Origin: Calcarisporiella thermophila CBS 279.70
Taxonomy: Eukaryota; Fungi; Calcarisporiellomycota
Direction of reading: 5' to 3'
Assembly (NCBI RefSeq): GCF_041956535.1
Contig: NW_027192199.1
Coordinates: 675,741-739,740 of the forward strand
Length of the DNA stretch: 64,000 bases
The notes beneath the pieces were generated by a model. It was not told where the DNA came from and made no database searches. It worked only from the letters and a program-made list of their open reading frames with translations. Both the position numbers and the translations under genes were made by a program. Below are positions 12,456-23,934 of this stretch, piece by piece. Positions within the stretch are counted from its first letter, which is position 1. Each line of letters opens with the position of its first letter.

Positions 12456-13427
12456 AGTCCGCTTTCAAGATAAACTTTAAAATGCATCCTATGCTTACCG
12501 GAACCGGCGCTAGAGGCGATACGGGGCCACAGGTCAGCGCACTCCTTACCCACAGGGCCGGTGATGGCGGAGCCCTTCATTTCACCCTTGGGATTAATGA
12601 TAACTCCGGCATTGTCTAAAGGAATAATGTGAATAAGCCATTCTCGTGAGTTCGGTCCACTGAGTGAAAACACCAAAGCTACCTTCGAAGTAGATGAAAA
12701 CACCGTCGCGACGACGCCAGGCCTTACGCTGACGAATAATGACAGCGGGCATAACTAAACAGCAAAAGCGGCAAGAACGAGTTTACACATTTCATTAGCC
12801 TGGGTCGACCCTTTCCAAAGATTAACCAGCCAGCTTACCCTTCTTCCTCAACTCCGGCTTGCCCTTCTTTACAGTGGCCATCACCATGTCGCCCACACCA
12901 GCGGCGGGTAACCGATTCAAACGGCCTTTGATACCCTTAACGGCGATGATATACAAGTTCTTAGCGCCAGAGTTATCGGCACAGTTGACAACGGCGCCGA
13001 CAGGCAGACCGAGGGTCATGCGTAACTTGTTACCGGAGGCTATGTTTAGTATCAAAGGTAAGTGGCTCCGTATTTAACAGTGAGAATTTAAAGAAAGCGG
13101 CCTACCTCCTCCGCGACCTGTAGTGGGGGGTGGTCAAAGGCAAATAAAAAAGAAACTGTTAATTTAAACTCATCAAAACGAAATCCAAGCGATCCATCTC
13201 TTCGAGAGATCCAATGCCACCCGATCTGGAAAGTGGCGGTGTCCCGCTCCTGTGATGGAACAGAGTCCTTGCCTTCCTCCCGCGGTGGAATTTGGATCGC
13301 GGGTTTGCGATGCATCAATTCGACCATTACCTCTCTAGATAAGATACAAAAGCATTAGCATTACCATCCATCAAGTAGACCATCCATCCATCCGCTTCCT
13401 CATTGGCAGCATGCTCACCTTAGACAT
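12456..13427 (-). CDS. RPL23: 60S ribosomal protein L23 (uL14), includes 4-nt and 12-nt microexons; 3' end approximate
   Basis: Exons ATGTCTAAG|AGAG|GTCGCGGAGGAG|CCTCCGGTAAC.. give [79 protein letters not shown]. Confidence 0.97.
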
Positions 13428-14684
13428 CTTGTGCGCTTAGGAGTATACGAGGAAGAAAAGAAAGAAAAAGGAGGAGCCTCCTTAGTGCGGAAGGAGGGCT
13501 CCCTTGAAAGCCATTTGGGAAGAAGATTTCAGAGGATCTGATGCAAGCCCATTTGCGTAAAGGACCAAATTAGGCGCATTACATAAGTGAGGGAGGATGT
13601 ATGACGAGGTTAACCCATGAAGAGAGTTGCTATGCTAATAATATTAAGGCACGGCGGGCGCCCTTCATATTGATATTATTAAATAGAATAGATGTGCCGA
13701 GTATAATTGAGTTGAATTAAAACACTCAAGCTCTCAAAGCTAATGTATATGGTGTTGTAAGAACAGGAATTATTAAGGGGGATTTTCATACTAGTTGCTC
13801 TTCTGGGCACAAGGCCCGAAGGGTAATTCGCCCGATTCGTAGCGACTGCTGCCGGCAGGGAAGCATTTTTTTTTGATAAATGCCTTTCGCGAGAAGTGTT
13901 GCAAATGGGACAGCAGGCCGCGTCCAATGACCTCCATTAGCTAATTTCCCAGCTCCCTTTATCCAGCAAGAGCATATGCGCTCTCGGCGGATTGTGAAAA
14001 ATTTACATAATCCGTGAAGCCTTATGAAACGGCAGTCGTGGAATTCTTAATTAATTCTTCTCTTTGCGACATTCGCAGCTCCCATTTCCAATATTCGCCT
14101 TTAAAGGACTGAAGGGGGATTCAGGGCGATATTTAGAAGGAGAAAGGAAATTAAATGTAAAGCGTGGGCTCCTGATTTGACTAAAATTAAAAAATTTTTT
14201 CATTCAGTTCTCACTCGAGCGGTTATGGTGAAAAACTGAAGCGACTAGTGAAGAGAGAGCGTGACAGCCGACGGTCGATAGGAAAAGGGTTTTTGTTGTT
14301 TCTAAGCTATTTCCCCTGTTTCTTGTTGTTCTCTTCTCTCCCAGCTTATCCTGAGGCCGTTCTTTACCCTTATATCTCTTATGCTTTCTCCCCTCCCCTC
14401 CTCCCCCTAAGCTCTGTCTTCCCTCTCCTCCCTTTCTGATCGCACACTCTCATTAGGGTCCCTCCCCCCCCCCTGACTATTGAATTCCTTCTTGGTTGGA
14501 TTGACTCCATCCCATTACCTAATTCCTCTTCTATCTCTCTTGCCCCCCCCCCCCCTCCCTCATCCCCATTCTGCAGAAGAAAAGCCAAACAGAAGCTAAC
14601 CTTGACATATCCTTGCTCTGCATTACTACGCGCTCTGCTATTTATTCTAACAATTCTGCAAGTGAGGGTGGCCCCTGAAGCACT

Positions 14685-16261
14685 ATGTCAGAGTCGTTGC
14701 ATCCGCATTCTCAACCTGGCGAAACGTCGCAGCCCCCCTCCAATATGCACATGCCCTCATTTGCAATGCTCCCCTATGACCCCACTGCTAATCTTCAAAT
14801 TGATAGCAAGACCCTTGGCGCTGATACCTATGCCTTGGGCGAGGAGGAATTCAAGCCCCCCCCTCCGGGAATCGATTTTGCCTCCCTCCCGCCCTATGAG
14901 CAGCCCACGCCCAGTGATACACGTCCTCCTTCCGTATATCCGCCGCCGCCGCCCTCCTCCTCTTCCTCCGCCGCACCCATTCACAGCGTCTCCTCCTCCT
15001 CTCAGGTATATCTACGCGCAGGACCCGCCTACTCCCTCACCCCGCCTAATTTCCCCTCCGCCTATCGCCGGCACTCGCACCCGCTTTATCCCTTCGATCC
15101 CCCATTACCCGGCAGGCGTTCTTCCTCCCAAGAAGATCTCTCCTTGATGTACTCATCGGGCCTGCATTCTCAAGTCATTGAGCGGACTCCGCTTCTTCAG
15201 CAGCCTTTTCCCGCCCCCTATCCTGCTGATCGCCGAATGCCGACGACGCCCGCCGATATGGGGGATTCTTTAAGGTTCTCGCGGGCTCTCTCAACCCCCA
15301 ATACTCTCGGGTTTGGTGCCATGGAAATGGGGATGGGAGCAGCTGCCCCAGCAGCGCCTGGTATACCAGGAGGTGGCGGCGATCGTATGCTTTCCCTCTG
15401 CGACGAATCCTCTTCAGCCTTTCAGCATATGGCGTCACAGCAACCGTCCTACGCTGACCTCCGCAGGGCCTCCACCCCCGTCGCCTCCTCCCATCCCCCG
15501 CAACCCACCCAGCAACAAAGAAGTAGAGGAGTCCCCGATCCCTCCATGATGCTTACCTTCAATTCAAAAATTGGGCCTTCACCCCTGCGAAGATACCCTT
15601 GTGGGATCTGTCAGAAACGATTTACCCGGCCATCCAGCCTTGCAACCCATATGTATTCGCATACGGGCGAGGTAAGTCGACGCTGCATTGCCCTTTGATA
15701 AGTAGCTCGCCAATTTCGCTCACATTGCATTCTGCTTTGCTCTACTCCGTGTAGAAACCATTCAAGTGCCCGGTGGAAGGATGCGGCCGGTACTTTTCGG
15801 TGCAGAGCAACCTGAGGAGACACATTAAAATTCACTACAAGGCAAATAAACCGCCCCCAACTCTGGACTCGGGGTGGCAGCCCGCAGGGGGCGGGGATAT
15901 CGGAGGTGGCGGCAGTAGCAGCAGCTCCATGCTCTTTCAACCCTCCGCAATGCGATCGGACTTCGTGGTTCAGCCCCCCTTCTCGTCGCCTATCCGACCT
16001 CCCCCCCCGCTTCCCCTCCCTTCTGCATCGCATCCCGTGCCGCCTTCTCAGCCGCCCTCGATCCCCTCCATATCCTCGGTGACAGTGCCCTCCGCCGCTT
16101 CTACCACAACCACCGCCACCACTCCCACTACTGCTGCCACCACCTCCTCTGCCACCAGCTCTACGTCGGCTGAGACTTCCCTCCCACTTCCTCAGTATGG
16201 GCTCTCCGAGTTGGGAGACAATTTCCTCAAACACTCCATGGGATCATACCATGACACATAG
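14685..16261 (+). CDS. C2H2 zinc-finger transcription factor (2 fingers, P/S-rich), 2 exons
   Basis: YPCGICQKRFTRPSSLATHMYSHTGE|KPFKCPVEGCGRYFSVQSNLRRHIKIH; intron ~15672-15754. Confidence 0.9.
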
Positions 16262-17352
16262 GGACGCTTCTCCTGTTTTTCTGGCCGGGATTGCTGGCTG
16301 GTTTTTGTTTTTATATCTTATTATTTTACATCCCTTTCCCCTCAACCTCACCCATTGTTTACGTGCTATTAAAATGCTGAATAGAGCTTGAGATGTCTCT
16401 CTCTTTCACTGTTGTTGTTAACACTTATTTTTCTTGGTTTGTGTGCTTATATGTGGATGAAAAACTCCTATTTTATTTGTTTAATTATGTTTCTTGCCCC
16501 TTACTTTCTCATCTTTTGTTTCTTGTGATTGACTTCTGATGCTTACTCCTGTTTTGTGTAAATACCTTTGATGATATTGCTTAATTCAACGTTCTAATAT
16601 GAGAATATGACAGGTTATTCATATCTACGGTTGGAATAAAGAGAATACGGATTTGCCGATAATCTCAAGTCAAAGATGCATCCTAACCAGACGAAAAGGG
16701 TGGTCAGGGCTTGAGCGGAGGATCCCGTTTTGGATTAAAGTAACCAGGAGGAGATTAGTACTCTCAAAAGATGCAGAGTCGAAATGATAAATCCTATAAT
16801 TCTCAGAAAAAGGTGGCAACGCGTCAATAGAACTAAAAAAACCATTAACTAAAAAAAAAAGAAAGAAAAAAAGAAAGAAAGCAAGATAAAGATAGCATTA
16901 AAGTTACATCCTTGCATCTACATCATTTGAACCTAGGTCCAATATCGCAAGATATTGTAATCCAGCGCCGAGAGTATGGAGAATTTAATGCATTAATTTA
17001 ATTTAATCTCGTGGTCTCTCGCTATGGGCTAAATTATACGTAGGCAGCTAGCGTCGCCTTAGGCACTCATCAAGCCGATCTCGCTCAATGTATGGGTTCA
17101 ACCTACATATTTTGACTTGACGTCTAAGGGCATGCAAGGCAATGCACAAAGCAGGGCAAACCCTATTTGAATTTAGTGTGCGAATGCAGCCTTCTCTCCG
17201 GCAATGCTTAGACCGGACTCTGGAATGCAGTCACATTGCCTCGCATGCTGCAAGTGTGGAATTGCCTCTATTCGACTCAAGAGAGATCGAGTATATAAAT
17301 GCTAGGCCTCCATCGGCGCCGGAAGAACCAACCACAATTTTTGCGTGTAAAG

Positions 17353-17595
17353 ATGGCGGCACAAATGAAAGAATCGGAGCCTCTCGAACTAAGGCAGTAT
17401 CAGAACCAGAATGTCTATTTTGAAACCACCACCAACCTCGTGTTTCGGAAAGAAAACGTGGATATCGACGACGACGAAGATGATTCCAATTATATTGCAT
17501 TTGGAGTCTATATTCCCGGAGAAGGGGTCGCGAAGCTAGGCAAGGAAGAAATACAGACGTGCGAGAGAAAGGGATGGAGAGTTGAAAAGCAATAA
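17353..17595 (+). CDS. Small (80 aa) uncharacterised protein
   Basis: TATATAAA ~55 bp upstream, AAGATGG start context, globular-looking sequence, and AATAAA at and after the stop. Confidence 0.55.
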   Translation: MAAQMKESEPLELRQYQNQNVYFETTTNLVFRKENVDIDDDEDDSNYIAFGVYIPGEGVAKLGKEEIQTCERKGWRVEKQ

Positions 17596-18148
17596 ATAAA
17601 AGTGTTGACTCCTACCGTAGTGGTGTCTCATTGCATATTGAAGTCTGGAGGGACCCCAACTATCCACGATACCTAACATCCATAGTATATAAACGAGGAG
17701 AAACTAGTTAAAAAAATTAGCCCGTCTTGATCTTCCAACTTCACCACAAAATGTATTATCAGTTCTCTGATTGTCGCGTCAAGGTAGAAATCTCTCGTGA
17801 ATCGTTCCATTCAAAGAGGGTAAAACCAATATTCCTCCAATTTCCCTTGAAAGGGAGAATAAGTGCTTCAAATGGAATAAGGACGAGAAACCCGATAAAA
17901 CCCTATTGAATACAAAGTAAATCTTAATCTCTCCTTCCCATTCGCTGAGTATGGATCAAAACCACCATCGATCCTGGTTTCTATTGAATGTTTGAGAGAA
18001 TAGTGAATCAGACTCTTTAAGTTTTAGCAGGGAGTTGAAGACACCCTGGTAGAATTTCATTACAAACAAAGGGTTCTTCCGATAAATGCCTAGGTAAACT
18101 TCGGGTCAATTTATTATCATCAACAATCAACTCATGCAGGTCCGGAAA

Positions 18149-18581
18149 ATGAACTCATTTTATCATTATATCCTCCTTGTGTTTTTCCTCGGGATCCATT
18201 CCGTTTTCGGATGCACCTTCGTGGGTGACGGTCCAAATCCTTGTACCGAAGTGTGCACTTACACAAAAGCTACCACGCTTCCTTGCACCGGCCCCACGCC
18301 TACGGGTTATGCGGTCCATAGTACAGGTAAGCTCTAGCCCATGTTTACGTGTTTAGCTTCAACCTGCTGACAGCTATACCTTTCTGCTGCATCTTTGCTG
18401 TGTCCCTTCGATTCCAGTGGGATCCTCCAAAAAATTGAAAAAGCGCTGCTCCAATCCCGGAGGTCCGTATCAACAAGATAATATGTGCGTTTACACAGAT
18501 GCTACCACTGGAATTTGCTGGATGGGAACTCCTAGTGGCTACACCCTCTACAAACGGCCTCCTAGGACAATGGCTCTTTAA
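18149..18581 (+). CDS. Small secreted Cys-rich protein with two internal repeats separated by a KKLKKR site (copy 1); intron 18327-18417
   Basis: Signal peptide MNSFYHYILLVFFLGIHSVFG, then CTFVGDGPNPCTEVCTYTKATTLPCTGPTPTGYAVHST|VGSSKKLKKRCSNPGGPYQQDNMCVYTDATTGICWMGTPSGYTLYKRPPRTMAL*. Confidence 0.75.
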
Positions 18582-19607
18582 GAATACATGTGAGATTGCA
18601 CTGCTATCTTTTTCTATATTGAACTAAGCCCTTGTAAAATTAAATACATAGTACAAATCGAAGCTCAAAAGGCTTGCTTGCAAAATATAAAAAAGTAAGT
18701 TGACTTGAAGTAGTGGACCGAAGATATTAACGCCCGATATATAAGTTAAATGGAGAGAAAGGATATCATGAGAGATGAAGAAATCACTATCAGGAATGGG
18801 AAAGGAAGTCAAAATCTTGATGCAAAATCTCGCTAACAGTGAACATAAGAGGAAAACAAGAATTGTTTTCCAAAAAAAAAAATAGAGAGTTCAACAAGGA
18901 GGCAAAATATTGGATACGTTCAAGTGATTCTCCTGTATACTGAATTTTTTAGGTTCACAATAAAGGGGGACAAGCATAAGTGCTCTTTTGCTACCCTAGT
19001 GTTCTTCCATTCTACAATAATATGCAGCATCGAAATAACACTGTAGATTTCAGGCTGTGGTAATCTTTATTGCAATCCATTGTCCACTACCTTTCAACCA
19101 TCTCCTCGAGTTTTACTTCACTTAGAAGTGCAAAAATTCGATAGCTTGCTTGCCCAGATAGGTATGGAGTTGTTTATAGGAGAATTATTTGGTAATTTTT
19201 CTACCCTCTACGTCCTGCTGTGTGTAGTTTATTTTCATGGGCATCGGTTGCTGATTTCGTTGAGGATTTGTCTTCCAAGTTCGTGGGACCCAGCTTACGA
19301 CTGGCATTTTAGTATTCATTAAATAAATCGAGCTTATAAAAAAATAATTCACCATCTCTCTCCTGGGTAAACGGGTAAAGGAAAGGTACAAAGGGAGGTG
19401 CAAAATATTGAACCTATCTCTGGCTGGTATTAGATTGCCCAAGATAGTTTTAGCCTGTGATTGAATCGAGGCATTAAGATCGGGTTTCAGCGGTGAAGTC
19501 GATGCCATCCGACCCCAGTAAAAAGAATGCCAATCTTGTATAATACGGACCGTACTTGACCTCAATGATCTATGTTTTCGACTTTGAAGAAAAGGCAAGC
19601 CCTATAA

Positions 19608-19995
19608 ATGAGTCTAGTCTACTCTATCAGTTTCCTCGCGCTCCTTCTCGGCCACTCTTGCGTAACTGGGTGCAAGTTTTCTGGTACCGGTCCAAATCCT
19701 TGTACCGAAGTGTGCATATACACCAAAGACACTACTCTTCCCTGCACAGGCCCTACACCGACTGAGTATGCGATCCATAGTACAGGTAAATACTTACAGG
19801 CGATTGTATATAATACCGCGATAGGATGACAAATATAATTTTATTTTGTAAACTTCGCAAGTTCTTAACGATGCATATCCGAACGGTGAATTATGTGTTT
19901 ACACGAATGCCATAACTGACTATTGCATTATGGCAATGCTTCCGGACCGCGACTACTCCCGCTACACTGTAGCTCCTAAAACTGAAGCATTTTGA
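19608..19995 (+). CDS. Small secreted Cys-rich protein paralog (copy 2); intron 19786-19861; 3' part diverged
   Basis: MSLVYSISFLALLLGHSCVTG-CKFSGTGPNPCTEVCIYTKDTTLPCTGPTPTEYAIHST|VLNDAYPNGELCVYTNAITDYCIMAM..*. Exon 1 is highly similar to copy 1 and has the same intron position. Confidence 0.65.
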
Positions 19996-20937
19996 TGACG
20001 TCTATCCGCCAGATAGGGAAGTGCTGCGCTGGCCTGAGTGGTACATACCCATACGATAAAATGCGTATTTACACAGCAGTTCGCATGGTTCGAGGTATTG
20101 ATTTTTTTTTGATGCGAAGAAGTGGGATGGGTTCGTTCTCTACAGGCCAACTCCTTGGTCAATATTTGAGACAGAAGGCACCAGAGCAACAAGAAACTAG
20201 AAAAAAGTAGTTCAAACCTCGAGAGATTTTGCGCATCTTAATGTAGAAAAAGTGAGTGCTAAACGAATAGAAATATATGACTGTCAACTTTATATTTTTG
20301 CAACTATTACAGATAGCTTGTAGCAAACACAGCAGAATATTGCTTCCACTTAATTTGGTTGCCCAGTTAAGCGTTTGACAAGAGTATTCTTACGCTCACT
20401 ACTGATTTTGGAACTCTTACCGAAAGACAAGAGGGCAAGCATATGGCACATGTATAGCTGCTTATAACAATACTAGCATTGGGATTGCCATAGCCATAAT
20501 TTGGCTTTAAATTGACCATAGCTTCTCTCTTCTCTTATATTGCCAACGCAACAATATATCATATTGGTTAAATCGGAATCTAGTATTGATGTATATTGAT
20601 TTTGACTTGGATGCCATTATCTCATTGGGATAAAGAAGTTGTAAAAATACAATTACTAACGAATTTAGTTGAAGAAGATCTAAGCTCCGTCTATGGATGC
20701 AAAAGTTCGAAGGCCATTAAAAATTAGAACTTATACGTATATATAGTTTTTTATAAGGCCCGTCAAAATACCTTTCGAAGGGGGCTTTTCTTGAACAAAA
20801 ACATGAATTTAGAAATTAGACATCAGTTTTCGAATTAAATGCGGCGCAGTGCATTTCCAGCCCCTTTTTCTTGTTCAACGTGTATTTCCAGTGTCTCCAT
20901 TCATCATTCTTAAGAACCGCATTATAACGAAGCGCAT

Positions 20938-22029
20938 ATGTCCGACATACCCTCCTCCCAAAAACTCGAAATAGCCTCGCGTTTTCTTTTGGAGAGTCCT
21001 CCAGGAGAAGTGAATGATGTGTTTAATGGTATCTTTTCTGTTCATCCGATCACTTGATCGCACTGTCTTCATAACCATTACACACATGGTTTATTTTTTG
21101 GAAGAGAGTCATCCTGATAAGAATACGAGACTAAAATTTGTAATATTATTATTCAGATATACGCGTATTAGTGAACGATGACGATTTGCTTCAGGAGGGG
21201 ATTGTGCCGGCGCTGGGAGAGCATAACACGGACCAGCTTGTCACAGCACGCGTACCGGATCAGGAGTATGAGGTAGGATTCGTCCTCTGTTTTCACACCT
21301 AGGTATCCAAGCGGGATATGTTAATACGGAAGAACTTGGTTATTTGAATCAGGTCATCATTACGAAGCATGGGCAGATTGAGGGGGATAGATTTATTGAC
21401 CCTCGATCGAAGAAGAGCTTCCGGTTCGACCATTTGCGCCAGGTAGCATCTGAAGTAGAGGAGTGGACGCCCGAGGAATCTACTGAACCACTACGGTATC
21501 TTCAACTTTTATGGTATTGCATTCACGTTACTTAGCTGATTGCCATACTAGGGCTGCGGTTGAAGAGGCTGTGGACGCATATCTCTCCGACCACTATCCT
21601 AATGGAGTCTCTTCGGTTTTCGCGCGAGACGGGAATATCACGGTGGCTATCGTAGACAATAAATACAACCCCACCAACTATTGGAATGGGCGTTGGCGGT
21701 CAGTATGGACACTAAATGCTGGAGATTTGCGTGGATCGATGCATGTGAATGTCCACTACTATGAGGATGGAAACGTGCAACTCACCACGACCAACAGCAA
21801 GGAGGCCAACTTGAACTTGTCCTCGGATCCAAAAACGGCAGCAAAAACGATTGTGACCGAGATCACTCGTCTTGAATCGGCATTCCAAGGCGCTCTCATT
21901 CGCTGCTATTCTGAACTGGCCGAGGACACATTCAAGTCCCTTCGGCGCACGTTACCCGTCACACGTAATAAACTTGATTGGCATAAGATCCTGAACTACA
22001 GGATTGGGGAAGAGATCGGGAAGCAATGA
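20938..22029 (+). CDS. CAP1: F-actin capping protein alpha subunit
   Basis: ASRFLLESPPGEVNDVFN..NYWNGRWRSVW..VHYYEDGNVQL..FKSLRRTLPVTRNKLDWHKI. Confidence 0.95.
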
Positions 22030-22425
22030 GTTGTCTCACGTTTGTATTTTGCCTTTCTTATTTGTGTTTGCTTGTTTGAAATTTGGGCCTTCTTATGAAC
22101 TCGGAAGCGGAATAATAATAAACGCATCTTAACTATTTGTGGGTGAATGAATGAGTGCGTGAGTGAGTGTGTGCCCCCTATGTATATTTATAGCGTATAG
22201 AGTATATATATTTTTAAATGTACGAGATTTAGGCAAATTAAGTATAAATGTGTGAGAAAGAAAGTAAATATAATAGAAGACGGTAAGGCGGCTATGACTC
22301 GAAAATACAAAACCCATCGACCATAGCATGAAAAAACCCGGGTGGAGAATATAAACAACACATCAAACCATTCACACCCCGAATATCAGATCCCATACAT
22401 ACAGAGTTGGTGGCTCTCGACACCT

Positions 22426-23385
22426 TTACACCGTGAGCCGGTCTTTACCGTGGGGGCCGCTCTTCTGTGCGTCCGAATGTGACTGGAACTCAAGGATGTT
22501 ATTGGGTGGGATATTGAGGGTCTCCTTAAGCTGCCGGCTAAAAATCAAAAACAGAGGCCAGCCAGAAATGAAAAAGTGAGATATTGCTACGCAACCTGAT
22601 CCCTCAGGTAGCGTTTACATACCCAATTTTTTCCGTCACCTCTCGGTTGTTAGATGTCCGTGTCCACAGGGATATCCGATAGAAGATTTTGCGCACTGAA
22701 ACAACCGCCCCGCAAATTTCATCGTCTGCATCGAAGGCCTCGCCAATACACGCCAGCACCTATATGGACCATCAGAGTCAGGAACTGAACCAAGATACTC
22801 GAAAAAACCAAATGGTATTTACAGTGTAAAGCCAGTAGTTGTTGATCTCTTCTCCAGTTCTGTTTCTTGGGAACTGAATGGACCATTTGCCTCCCTTTTC
22901 ATTCGCAGCATCCTCCCACATAGGTTTGATGTCTTTCTTGAACAGGTGGTAATTCGAGCCGATTCCGATCTCGCTTGCTTTTGCAACATTGTTGTATACA
23001 CTACAAGAATTCCGAGAGGTTAAATCAGAAATGTCGGCGAATGGAAAAGGAAACAATTATAGAGATAGGCAGAGAATACGCACCACCAAAAATCCTCCAC
23101 TGTGCTGAAAGTGATCAACTCTCTCAGATTTTGCGACCACGATGCGGTGCTTGCCTTCTTTCCAGGGTTGTCGAACCAGAGTGTCCACGAATTCTGTAGC
23201 CTATACATGAATACGAATCACATGGTTAACTCATGAAATCTGGCAACCCTTCGTCAGAGGCCGTGGGCAAAGGGGTTTATTTACTTGTGCTTAGCATTAA
23301 ATCTCTTGGGATCATCAAACACCGTCACATATTCATTGGTGTTAGCCGGAGGCTCGGTTACATTTAATGGCTCTTGGACAGACAT
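22426..23385 (-). CDS. eIF4E: Eukaryotic translation initiation factor 4E, multi-exon
   Basis: LQNSWTLWFD..TVEDFW..YHLFKKDIKPMWED..GGKW..EICGAVVSVRKIFYRISLWT. Confidence 0.95.
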
Positions 23386-23934
23386 TATGTAGTAGAAATG
23401 GATAAGAAAAGAGAGTAAACACGAGGGATAATGGATCTAGTTGCTTCACGGAGTTTATCTAGATGAAGACCAATTTCGTTGGGAATTATCGAGAACCCTG
23501 AGATAGAACAAAAAAAACAAGTTGTGTATGCGTACGAAGCTATCTCGGGAATCGAGATAAAAATAGCGGAACTCGGATAACCGATGGATAGCCCCATGGA
23601 GAAGCATGCTCAACGCCACACCTAGGCAAACACCTATACGCCTATAACGGGCCCTCTACACCGTTTTGAACCTTGTCGCTTTTTAATTCTTCTGCCCTCC
23701 ATTAACGCCCGTTGTTCCCTCCATTGTGTTTTTCGGCATCCAAGGCAATTCCATAGCACTTAGTATAAAGCTATAATAGGTAAGTGTTTGCTCTTATCCG
23801 TAGTGCATATTCAGCGGTCGGTTTTCTGAAATGGACGCTCCCTTGGGTGAATATTATCACTCTACATAGAAACCTCCCCCGGACACTTTTTCTTTTTATC
23901 GCAACCCATTCTAGCAACAGTACATGCGCTTGTA

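Noticed and set aside
14602-16234. Overlapping and antisense ORFs (e.g. 14602-15147, 15611-16234; likewise 4322-5020, 32116-32733, 43351-44040)
   Set aside because: Shadow ORFs of GC-rich or low-complexity real genes, with no independent protein features.
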